NCBI RefSeq assembly: GCF_004010195.1
Contig: NW_025215230.1
Location: forward strand, 32,111-65,198
Direction of reading: 5' to 3'
Source of the DNA: Chiloscyllium plagiosum
Taxonomy: Eukaryota
Length of the DNA stretch: 33,088 nucleotides
Shown in pieces: positions 11,730 to 22,300 of this stretch. How positions within the stretch are numbered: the first letter of the stretch is position 1; every line of letters begins with the position of its first letter. The notes beneath the pieces are model-generated. The model saw only the letters and a list, made by a program, of their open reading frames with translations. It was not told the DNA's origin and made no database searches. The position numbers and the translations under genes are program-made.

Positions 11730-12916
11730 TGCTGTTTCGTGCCTTGGGAGGTTAATTGTCCCAATTAAATAAAAACCTTACTTTTGTCAGCCTGTGCTCT
11801 TTCGGACTGGCTTTTAACCCTGTATCATGCAAGTGTTTGAGGATTAATTACAGAACTTCCTGATGAACCGGTTTGGACTCAGAAGCCAGAACAGTGAAAT
11901 CGACGCATTGGAGTTTTGTCCTGCTATGGGATAAATCGATGTCGCTACGTACGTTTCTTATTTGACGGTGAAACATGGCTGGACTACTATGGAAACCTTT
12001 GGAAGTCTAATCCACGTATATAGTTTATCCACAAAGATAAATGCAAACTTATTTTGGGAATCACGATGGAAGGCGATAGACCAGAATCCATTTGCAATAT
12101 CCAGTACAGAAGAGATTTTTTTGCGAACGGGGAGAGTCCAGTTTCGGTTATGGATAGACTGGCGACTATACTGAGTACTTTATGATGACCTTAATAAAGG
12201 CGATGTAAACAATTTTCAGTCGGTAAATCCGGTCAGGTTTACTGACTGGTCACGTGGGGAATTTGCAGTACACGTTGTTTCCCGGGGAATTCCCTTTTCC
12301 ACCAGTCAACTTACAATCTCCACATCAGCCCGTGAAGAAGACGGTTTTAAAGGAGATTTCCGATGCAGCTTGTGTTCAGAGCCCTTGACGACAATGGGGT
12401 CGATTTTACTGAAGCTTCTTTCTAGTCTACTTTCTGCCCACACCCCCGGAGCCACAAATGGCACCAAAGTGGTTGTCCTACAGTTGCCAATCACATCCTG
12501 TGGGGGCTGTGGTTTGGACGGTAACCAGGTAACTCACACAACTCGCCATTTCGTTTCGTTTTCCCATCAGAAAGGGGCGAGATTAATTTTCCCTTCCCAC
12601 AATCTATAAGGACCTCGTAGTCCTTAATTAAATCATTCCCCTTAATGATTCCCAAATTATTTTTACATACATAAAATCAAATCGGTATATACAGGTTATT
12701 GGTCTCTGTTGGAGTGGTTTCGCTCAAATGCGCAAGGGTTAGATGTCCGTAAATCCCCGCTCCAGAAACCACTTTGTTCATTTTGAGCAGTGGTAGATCA
12801 GCATTAGATATGGCGGCTATCGTGTTGACAAGCATCTCACATTGTCTGCCTCCAACTAATACAGTCACGTAAGTCCTACCTTCCTTATCACTCAACACCG
12901 TGGGAGTTGGCGGACG
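11730..12916 (-). pseudogene. pol: Retroviral pro-pol remnant: aspartic protease and RT core; RNase H and integrase absent
   Basis: Protease GRTYVTVLVGGRQCEMLVNTIAAIS (DTGA decayed to NTIA) and GIIKGNDLI. RT WPVSKPD, VLDIANGFWSI, KFAFIF, YTWIRLP.GFHSSP, LQCVDFTVLAS (YVDD decayed), GLKASPK and LGQL. The sequence then switches to env near 11730. Confidence 0.9.
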
Positions 12917-14600
12917 TCAGTCTAATGTGTTTTGGTTTGTTGGTTTGCCATGTTTTACCCAACAAGTGTCTTGAGATTGGATCCTTTGGTCACAATACTG
13001 ATAGACACTTCCAGACTTTGCTTTGCTCGGTCTAGGTTCCCTTCAAGACTTGGTAAAGTGGCCCTTGTTGCCACAATTTCAGCAAGAGTGTTTTTTATTT
13101 GTTAAGAATCATAGCGTTATAGAGATGTACAGCATGGAAACAGACCCTTCGGTCCAATCTGTCCATGTCGACCAGATATCCCAACTAAATCTAGTCCCAC
13201 CTGCCAGCAGCCGGCCCATATTCCTCCAAACCCTTCATATTCATACACCCACCCAAATACCTCTTAAATGTTGCAATTGTACCAGCCTCCATCAGCCTGC
13301 AATTGGACCAGCAGTTCATTCCATACACGTACTACCATCTGCGTGAAAACTTTGCACCTTAGATTTCTTTTATATCTTGCTCCTCTCACCCAAAACCGAT
13401 GCCCTCCAGTTCTGGACTCCCCGACCCCAGGAAAAAGACTTTATCTGTTTATCCTCTCCATGCCCCTCATAACTTTGTAAACCTCTATAAGGTCACCCGG
13501 CAGCCCCCGACGCTCCAGGGAAAACTGCTCCAGCCTGTTCAGCCTCTCCGTGCAGCTCAAATCCTTTCTGACAGGGCGCCCACTCTTTCGAGTTTTATTC
13601 ACCCGGGTTTTCTTACCTTCCATCCCTTCGTTAACACCCGATGCGCATTCTACCAAGGCTTTGTTGCATTGGAGGACAACGACTCCCATCTTTAGGATTA
13701 CCTGTTTCGCGAGTGACATACCGTCCTTGAAAACCTGTATAAATGTTTGGTCAGATAATTTGCCTGGTGATTTCCTGAACTTGCTTTATAGACATCAAAG
13801 ACTTGTTGCTCATATTCGGGTGGATCACCTCCCATCTATTGTTTATTATTGCTTATTTTAGTCCAACTGGTGAGCGGTTTGCACAACACTCGTTAGAGTT
13901 TGGCCCTACATCTACCAGAAGCTTCTTGTTTGTCCTCCATTGATGTACTGTTAGGGATACCTTTTGGCCATCGACCATTACCATCATCATATTTTCTCTG
14001 TTTTACAAAATGACATTTGACAGTCCCGCCGGTGCGAGGCGCGACTTGGCCTGTCGATCCGCAGCCCAGACAGGTTGATAGATATCCTTAAGATGTAGTT
14101 GGTGGCGCATACAAATCATGTCTAATTCTGACCGGAATTTGGCATTCACGCAATCGGTCTTTCGGCAGCACACGAGCCATTGTTCACAAGTGGTGAATGG
14201 TTTGTGATGGAACTGAGCATTCTCTCCATCGTCCCGAACCTGCATTGGAGTCAACTTTACCTCGTTAGACGGCTCGTTCAATATTGGAAGCGGTGTGGAT
14301 GGAACGTCTCCAGAACTATAAGGTGGCAATGATCTTTACTGATTATAGTCCAAAAACTGGATACACTTTTCCAATTCGCCCATACCGAATTGAAGGATTT
14401 TGTTTTCTTTGGTCCATTTCTTTGTGGATTCCAACATTTGACCTATGCGGCTGGTCAATTCGTGAACGAAACAGACTGCAACTTTCTTGGTCCTATCTTT
14501 ATTTTCGCCTGAGAACAATTTTCGCTGTTGATCTAGGTTTTGGAAGGATTCCTATCTCTCCCTTTCTTATTTGCTTTATCAATGGATGTCTGCCGGTCAT
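12917..14600 (-). pseudogene. gag: Retroviral gag (interrupted by a CR1 insertion)
   Basis: Candidate ATG at 14600, LPPY late-domain-like motif near 14325, capsid-like helical region, CCHC knuckle C*NCGNKGHFTKS* (about 13043-13084) and a second decayed knuckle. Ends at TGA 12917-12919, in frame with the protease. Confidence 0.8.
13105..13565 (-). mobile_element. 5'-truncated CR1 inserted into ERV gag
   Basis: Tail agaatcatagcgttatagagatgtacagcatggaaacagacccttcgg and ERLNRLEQFSLERRGLPGDLIEVYKVMRG; similar to the copy at 26538. Confidence 0.92.
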
Positions 14601-14621
14601 ATATTGATTAATGTGAAAACC

Positions 14622-15257
14622 CAGGGTCCACTGTCCAGTAACTGGACAAGAATACTAAACAGTTTTGCAAAGAATCAGACGTCAGCAATTATTGACTTGT
14701 TATAAGTGAATGCGAGAGTGGCAGCCCTGTGGCGTCAGATGTGAGCGCAAACAAACAGGGAATCTCTTGACGCTGAAGTAGGTGTCCCCATTTATATTCG
14801 TGTTCTGCTCTAATAAGGAACGTTTTTACTCACGCACTTTTGTCCAACGATCGGATTTACCCACTGCCCACTAGTGTTGTGTGTTTTTGCACCGGCTGCA
14901 TCTCACTTGAGATCGTTCCTACTGAAATTGATCTCTCCTGGATTGCACAAATTTATTCTATGTCTATTTCCCAGAAAGGAATACTAACACTGACATCGGA
15001 ATATCATGTCTCCGGTGTCATTTTCCAGTGTCCACTCCTACTTTAGCGTGAAGAGTTTCGCACGGGTATCTCACCTTTGAACTACCTCTCGGACTAGATG
15101 CTAGGGAAAGAAGTCCTTCCCTGTTTGTTTGCGCTCACCTCTGACACGACAGGACAAGTCAATAATTACTGACGTCTGATTCTTTGCAATGTTATTCAGT
15201 ACTCTTCTCTAGTTACTGGACAGTGGCCAGCTGTCTAGACCAGTAGACAGGACCCTG
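14622..15257. repeat. Long imperfect inverted repeat forming the ERV 5' leader
   Basis: 14628-14700 pairs with 15154-15226 (9 mismatches in 73), 14726-14762 with 15117-15153 (3 in 37), 14761-14785 with 15034-15058 (4 in 25), and cagggtcc 14622-14629 with ggaccctg 15250-15257. Confidence 0.93.
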
Positions 15258-15269
15258 CCGACTACACCG
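15252..15269 (-). promoter_or_regulatory. Primer-binding site, tRNA-Ser
   Basis: Minus strand CGGTGTAGTCGGCAGGGT versus TGGCGTAGTCGGCAGGAT, the complement of the vertebrate tRNA-Ser(AGA/UGA) 3' end (15/18); lies 3 nt from the LTR end. Confidence 0.88.
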
Positions 15270-15272
15270 ATT

Positions 15273-15998
15273 TGTTTCAGATAGAATAAATAATTCCACA
15301 AATTTGAATCTGGAAATCAATCAGATGCCATTTATTAAACACAAGCGTTTTTTGGAAACACACACTAGCGTAACATTGCTTAGTTCACTGCATTGTTTAT
15401 ATCCCCGATAACATAATGGATGGAACTTATATTTTTTAAAACCACAAGGTATGTTCAGTTTCCTGTTGTTGCTTTGCACCCTATGCGATCGGAGTTATAC
15501 GAAGAAAAAAACATAGTAATCCATTCTATAAAGTTCTCGGAAAGAAAAACACAGAAAGTCGTTTGACATACTTTAAAAAACATAGAATGTTCCACGGCTG
15601 AGAGGCGAGCTTCAGGCGTGAACAATACAAGCTTTTAGATTAGATTCCCTCCAATACAGAAACAGGCCCTTCGGCCCAACCATCCCACGCTGACCCTCCA
15701 AAAAGTAACCCGCAGACCCATATTCCAAATAATTATGCAACCATCAGTATGGGCAATTTAATATGGCCAATTGACCTAACCCGCACGTCTTTGACCTGTT
15801 GGAGACGACCAGAGCAAACCTACCCAGACATGGGGAAAATGTGCAAACTCCACACAGATAGTCATCTCAGTTGGAATCCAAATTCGGTTTATGGCGCTGT
15901 GAGGTAGAAGTCCTAACCGCTGTGCCACCAGGCAACCCTTTTAGCCGTGTCTCTCATAATTCACCAGATGGCCAAGTGTCACAAAATACCTGACTCCA
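15273..15998 (-). repeat. 5' LTR of the ERV, interrupted by a SINE
   Basis: Matches the 3' LTR over 15273-15637 and resumes at 15969-15998 after the SINE; minus-strand AATAAA at 15331-15336; adjacent to the PBS. Confidence 0.85.
15635..15930 (-). mobile_element. HE1-like tRNA-derived SINE
   Basis: Minus-strand head ggtggcacagcggttagga...cctcacagcgcc with A/B-box-like segments, core tgtgtggagtttgcacatt, and a CR1-derived 3' end gggccgaagggcctgtttc with a (TCTAA)n tail. Confidence 0.88.
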
Positions 15999-16219
15999 GA
16001 TGTTTTCACAGCTTTGTGTCACCTCTTTCAGCATAACCTGTGACCTCACATTAGGGGAGGACTGTGCTGTCAGTGACCTTGAAGTGAGTTTCATTGCACT
16101 GTTGTGACTCTTGCACTTTCTGCAGATGAATGGGTACCATCCCCCTGTACATTCAATTGATGATGGAGGCTGCCTTGCCCGCTGGGGAGAAAAAATTCGT
16201 TCCGTCACCACACAGGAAG

Positions 16220-17100
16220 GCATGGAAATATTTCCAGAAATGCTGCAGGAAAGAGTGACTAATGAAAGTGAGAAACTGGGAGATTGGAATTAATAATGAG
16301 CACCAGCTCAAAGAACTAGTTTAAGTGAAGTTTGGCAAGTTGCTGCATGAGATGTGCTTCATCCCAGAGTTTTCAGGGAGATGGCAATGGATCCAGTGAA
16401 AAAGGAACAACGTCATGCAGCGCTGTAACAGACCCTTCGATCCCACCAATCTATGCCGACAAATCCAAATCTAAACATCTAGCCTTATGCCTGAGCTTGT
16501 CCGATGTTGGATATAAAAGAAAGAATATTTGAATATTCTTCAAATTTCTTTGTATTCTTAAAATTCTCATGCCAACAGACTGGAAATTAGGTTTTTTAAA
16601 CCTAAATATTTAAATATTTAAAACGATAAATTGAAAGGGAAAACAGAAAAAAAAAAGTTAAATATTGCACAACTTGATGTCAGATGTAAGAAACATATCT
16701 TTTGTAAGGAACATGATAACTAGACACTTGGGGATTCACGATATAATTTTGAGGAGAAAGCTTAGATTCAGGAAATGGAAGTCAGATTGATAAACCTGCG
16801 GGGTTTGTGTTTGTTGAGGTGTCCACAAATGAAAGCCAGTTTTAGTGGTTTACTTGAATTTGCAGAATACTTTTTACAAGTTATTGACACTTAAGCAAAG
16901 GTCTATGGGTAAGGGGCTTAAGAATACTACAAGAGTTGTGGATTGGTAGGTAGAGACAACTCACACAGATTAGCGTTCTTTTCTGGACTGACAGCCGTTG
17001 CTCATGGGCTACCACGTGTATCAGTTTTTAAAAATGCATATAAGCGGTTTGGATGTAGGAAAAAAACATACATCTCATTTTGCATTTTGGAAATGGTGCC
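16220..17100 (+). mobile_element. Old CR1 ORF2 fragments
   Basis: Decayed PTDWK, V.YL.FQ..F.K and G.P.VSV-like remnants; fragmented, with a short opposite-strand tail near 16420-16500. Confidence 0.5.
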
Positions 17101-17239
17101 AGATTAGGAAAAGTTGCTTTCCCAAGTGGACTGCGTGTCATTGATCATGAGGCAACAAAAATATCACATATAGGGCGCCAGTAATTGGGTCATAAATTAT
17201 AAGTTTTCCTTTAGTATAAGACGATTCAGAGACATATGT

Positions 17240-18060
17240 AAATCCGTCTTCCAGCAATTGCCGAGTATGAATAAGAGAGTTTTAGGGGCACTGAGTACAG
17301 TTTTACTCACCTTTGTAAAACTGCTACAGATACAGTTCAAATGACCGTCACCAGTCTAATACCTGAGAAGACGGTACAATGAGGAGAAAGTGAAGAAGCT
17401 GTTAATTTAATCTGTAGCGCTGCTAGAGAATAAGAAGAGATTGTGTTGAAATTTGAAGTTTGGTTGCGAGCACTTATGTCTAAAAAGACAATGCTCGGGT
17501 GAGAAATTACATACTTACTCAGGATAGGACATTCTAAACGTTTATGTGCCTCTGCAGAGCCCCACATCGATTGATAGAGAGATACAGACTCTGAATGTGA
17601 TCTGCCCACATTAATGTTCAATTGGTGGTGGACCCAGCATTGAACATCATGATGTCACAATCCCAACAACAACTATCTTTCTGAAACAGTTAGCCATTGC
17701 CAACAGCTTATACCTTTCAGTATCTTGTCGTACTGAAACTTCACGCAAAACTATTCGCTTCCCTCGTCACTGCGACAAAACCATGTTAAAATTCCACATA
17801 TAATCCACTATCAATGGAGCCGCAGGAATAATGCAGAGCAGTGTGTCTGTGCTAAATCTAATCCATTTATGATGGAGCATCATGATGGAGCATCAATTAC
17901 AGAATAGGTCCCTGTACCACTGAGTCGAGCTGCAGATTGGCTTCCTCCTCACCTGTCTCAGTAAATCAAGCGGCTCTCCAAGGTTTGTTCCATGCCCGAT
18001 TGCAAAGGGTCTAGGCCCTGACTGGCTCCCCATGCTTCCCGATTAAGATCTTAATGTGCT
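17240..18060 (+). mobile_element. Very old CR1-clade LINE endonuclease/tether remnant
   Basis: Patchy similarity only (ttcaaatgaccgtcacc, acatactt, tggtggtggac, KGLGPD-like aagggtctaggccctgac); no intact frame. Confidence 0.35.
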
Positions 18061-18849
18061 TACTCTTCTGATGATGTTAGAGCTCAAGAGGTTATGTTGC
18101 CCTGGACTCTTTTAAGAAAGACATTGAACGAGCGGTGCTGAGCTGCGTCGTAACGACCACCTGGTTAAATATCTTGGGAGGCCTTGGGTTTAGTATACTG
18201 CAACCTGAAGTGATGTGGCCAATTCGCGTAGAGGAGGATTTCTAAGTGTTGTTTTCTCAGTAACATTGGGGAATGTTAGTTTTTGGGGTCTCAGAAGAAT
18301 TCAAAGCTTCAGTGAATGTCTCTTGGTTGCACTCTCTGATCTTTCTCAGGATTTTTTTCCCTGCTGGATGGGAGAATTGCACATGAGAATCTGAATCTAT
18401 TTTTTTCTTTTGTAATCAAAGGCTGTGTTTATGCGATGTTCCATTATTCGAACGCTTAATTACTAATAGTGACAATTTATACTACTCTGTTGAATTTTTG
18501 AAGAGTTACGTTATTCGAAATCGCTCTTTCTTTGATTGTATTTTAATTACACTTGTTAAATTCGTCGTGTTTTGCTTAACATTGAGTAGTTTGAACAGAT
18601 ATAAAACAACTGGAAGAGATATTTTACATTTACCTTGAAAATAAGTAAATGTTGGAATCCAGGCTGTCTTCTTAAAATAGTTTTGAGCGGCTCTGATCCA
18701 ATCCAAAATACTCGACGCCTTCTTTGACTATGTTATAGGCAGGGGGAAGGAATGGGCAAACCCTCTTCTTTTCTAATAGTTTTAATAGGCTGAAAGGTTC
18801 CTCATTTTGCTGCGAAGCCAACGTAAGTTGTTCAATTAGCTCGTCTTAC

Positions 18850-19318
18850 TGTGGAAAAGTGCATTATCTGCTAGTACTATTGCAGGAATGTTACCACTGA
18901 TTTAATATCACAAGTTTGAATGTTATACAGACTATCCTGCACATGGATACAGAGTGCTTCAGGAGCTGAGGTGAGGCAAATTGTTTCGAAGATTGTGTAA
19001 TCTTCAGTTAACATCTCCACGCCTGACTTTCTGTTGGAAGAAAAACAATAATTAAGGAGTTAAAGATGTTTGCACTGATGAAAGTATCTCGAAGATGTCT
19101 TGCAAAGATCGCCTCGGATTGAGGGGATTGAGATCATCGAACCAGAAACGGCTTCCTTTGTACTTAAAAACACTCCAACCCGTGTCGGTATTGCAACCAA
19201 TTGCCATTAGTACAAATTTGTTGAGATCCTTGATGTCATCCTCAGTGAAAAAGTGCCTTGACATCAAGCTCAGTCACTCCTCAATGAACTCTTGTGTTCA
19301 CTTATTTTGTTCATGTCA
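18850..19318 (-). mobile_element. Old CR1-clade LINE RT fragment
   Basis: Minus strand gives VTELDVKALF..HQG (cf. ALDIKAAFDRVWHQG) and VEMLTEDYTIF (cf. VGMFADDCTMF), followed by a QQDLDNIQ.W-like remnant. Confidence 0.65.
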
Positions 19319-22300
19319 ATAGAACATAGAACATTACAGGGCAGTAGAGGCAATTCGGTCCTCGACGTTGTCCCGACCTGTGGAACCAATCTGAAGTGTA
19401 TCCATCCTACAATATTACATTTTCATCCGTATGTTTATTCAATGACCATTTAAATGCGCTTAAGCTGGCTAGACTATTGTTGCAGGCAGTGTGTTCCACG
19501 CCCCTACTACTCTCTGAGTAAAGAAACTCTGACAGCTGTCCAATATCTATTACCCCTCAATTTAAAGTTATGTCCCCTCGTGCCAGCCATCACCATCTGG
19601 AGAAATTGGCTATCACTGTCTACCCGATCTAATGCTTTGATTATCTTATTTGTCTCAATTAAGTAAACTCTCAAGCGTCTTCTCTCAACGAAAACAGTTT
19701 CAATTCCCTCAGCCTTTCCTCATAAGATCTTTCCACCATACAAAGCAATATCCCTTTAAATCTCTTCTAAACCTTTCCCAAAGCATCCACAATTCCTATA
19801 ATACGGTAAACAAAATTGTATACGTTGCTCCAATTGTCGCTGCACCAGATTTTTGTCCAGCAGCAGCATGACCACGTGGTTCCAAAACGCAGTCCCTTCA
19901 CCAATAAAATGTAGAAAACTGTATGCCTTCTTAACAACCCTATCAACATGAGTGGCAGCTTTCAGGGTCAATGTTCGTGGACAGCAATATATCTGTGCTC
20001 ATCTATATTACCAACAATCTTACCATTCTCACTACTCTTTATTCCTGATGCTCCTTCCAAAGTGAATCACATCACGTTTTTCCACATTAAACTCAATTTG
20101 CCACCTGTCAGCCCAGCTCTACAGCTTGTATGTGTGCCTCTGCAGCCTACTACATCCTTCAGTACGATTCAAAAATCCAGCGACATCAGTGGAATTCGCA
20201 ATTCCTCTTCCCTCACATCCAGGTCATATATAAAAATGAAAAGCAACAGTGGACCCAAAACAGATCCTTGCGGTACGCTACTAGCATCTCAACTCCAGGG
20301 TGAACATTTTCCAGCAAACACCACACTCTCTTCTTTCAGTCAGCCAATTTTTGATCGAAAGTCGAAATCTTCCTCAATCTCATGCCTCCGTATTTTATAC
20401 ACGAGCCGACCGTGGGGCAACCTATCAAACGCCTGACTGAAATCCATGTAGACAACATCAAGCTCTTTACCCTCATCTACCGGTTTGTTCTCAATATCAA
20501 TGAACTCAAAACTATCTGTGACGCACGACGTACTCTTCATAAAACCGTGTTGAATATTCTTAATCAACGTATTCCTCTCCAGATGATTATGATTCTTATC
20601 TCTGATAAATTTTTCCAACACTTTACCACAATCGAAGTAAAGTTTACTGGTCTATAATTACCAGGGTTGCCTCTACTCTCTTCTTGAAGAAGGTGACAAC
20701 ATTTGCCCTGCTCCCTTCTTCTGTCACTATTCCTGTCGACAAGTACGACATAAAGATCAATGTCAAAGGCTAACATCAAGCTCTTTACCCTCATCTACCG
20801 GTTTGTTCTCAATATCAATGAACTCAAAACTATTTGTGACGCACGACGTACTCTTCATAAAACCGTGTTGAATATTCTTAATCAACGTATTCCTCTCCAG
20901 ATGATTATGATTCTTATCTCTGATAAATCTTTCCAACACTTTACCACAATCGAAGTAAAGTTCACTGGTCTATAATTACCAGGGTTGCCTCTCCTCTCTT
21001 CTTGAAGAAGATGACAACATTTGCCCTGCTCCCTTCTTCTGTCACTATTCCTGTCGACAAGTACGACATAAAGACCAATGTTAAAGTCTGTGTAATCTCT
21101 TAATTGGCTTCACAGAGAATCCCATACCCATCCCTTTCCACAGCGAAAGAACTGAAATATGGTCACGATCACCAAAGTGCTACAAAAATCTAATAACTGG
21201 CTGGGTTTTTTACACTGTATCAAATCCAATGTGACCTCACCCCATGTGGGTTTGTCTATATACTGTGTCAGCAAGCAATCCTGCACGCATTGGCCAAAAT
21301 CTGATCCATCTAAAATACTCGAAGTATGGTATTTCCAGTCAATATTTGGAAAATTCAAGCCCCACTTAACAACTACCCTGCTACTTTTACTTCTATCCAG
21401 ATTTATCTTTGGTGTCCTTTTCTCTACACCTCTGGAAATATTCATAGGCCAACATAAAACTCACAACACGATGACTTTACCTTTTCTGTTCCTGACCTCA
21501 GCCCATACTGCCTCAGTGGACTTGTTGACAACCGTCCTTTCTGCTACCGAAATACTGCCCTTGATGATGAATGCGACATCTCCCCGTCTTTTAATTTCTT
21601 CTCTGTTCTTATTGAAACATTTTCCTCCCGGAAATTGCAACCACCATTCTTGTTCCTGTTCCATACCAGTCTCGGAAATGGCCTCAACATCGAAGTCCCA
21701 GCTACCAACCCGTGCTGCAAGCTCATGCATTTTATTTTGGATGTTCCTGCCGTTTGAGTAGACACACTGCAAACCGCTTTTTTGCTTGCCGGTGAACTTT
21801 TGCTACCTTGAAACCTCATTTCTGAGCTCTCTACTCTCCACCTCCTGGACACTGGAACTACAACTTATTTTCCCATCTCTCTGCTGAATTGGTGTAAACT
21901 CTCCCGAAGAGCATGAGCAACATTCCACCCAAAGATTATTCTACCCATTAATTCAGGTGTGGACCATCCTGTTTGTAGAGATCTCACGTACCCCAGAATA
22001 AACACCAATAATCCAAATATACCAAAACCTCCCACGTGCAACATCCCTGTAGCCACGTGTTTAACCCATATCTCTCCGTATTCCATGCCTCACCAGCACA
22101 TGGCAAGAGCAACAGAACCGTGGATAACAACACCGTTTTTTCCTAGCACGAAGCTTCCATTCACCTTTTATCTGTTCCCCTCCCTATGGATTCCCCAGTG
22201 AATCATGCTGTGCTCCTCTGTCCCCTTCAGGTCTGAGCGACATGGACAGTCACTGCGCCAGTGACCTGTACCTATTCTTTACTCCTGGTAAGTCATACAC

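Larger units (their letters stand above)
9763..15998 (-). mobile_element. Defective endogenous retrovirus (LTR-PBS-leader-gag-pro-RT-[deletion]-env-PPT-LTR)
   Basis: Paired LTRs, tRNA-Ser PBS, PPT, zinc knuckle, protease, RT motifs and Env TM motifs all lie in the correct order on the minus strand. Confidence 0.92.

Noticed and set aside
13441..13719. ORF fusing gag to a LINE RT C-terminus
   Set aside because: It is a chance in-frame junction from the CR1 insertion, and the surrounding gag is broken by stops and frameshifts.
14622..15257. Inverted repeat as the terminal repeats of a DIRS element or DNA transposon
   Set aside because: No recombinase, transposase or TSD is seen, the arms are interrupted by asymmetric bulges, and the position exactly fills the PBS-to-gag leader. 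A MITE origin is not fully excluded without a genome search.
15850..15930. tRNA gene
   Set aside because: It is the tRNA-derived head of the SINE and does not form a full cloverleaf.
16111..16293. ctttctgcag|ATG acceptor and 60-aa ORF
   Set aside because: There is no recognisable protein, and the 3' half is CR1-derived.
19052..19267. 71-aa ORF that looked like a novel viral protein
   Set aside because: An alternative frame shows LINE RT motifs, so the ORF is a shadow frame.
21159..21761. 200-aa plus-strand ORF (and similar ORFs at 6001, 6513, 7010 and 19948)
   Set aside because: They are antisense shadows of CR1 coding sequence.
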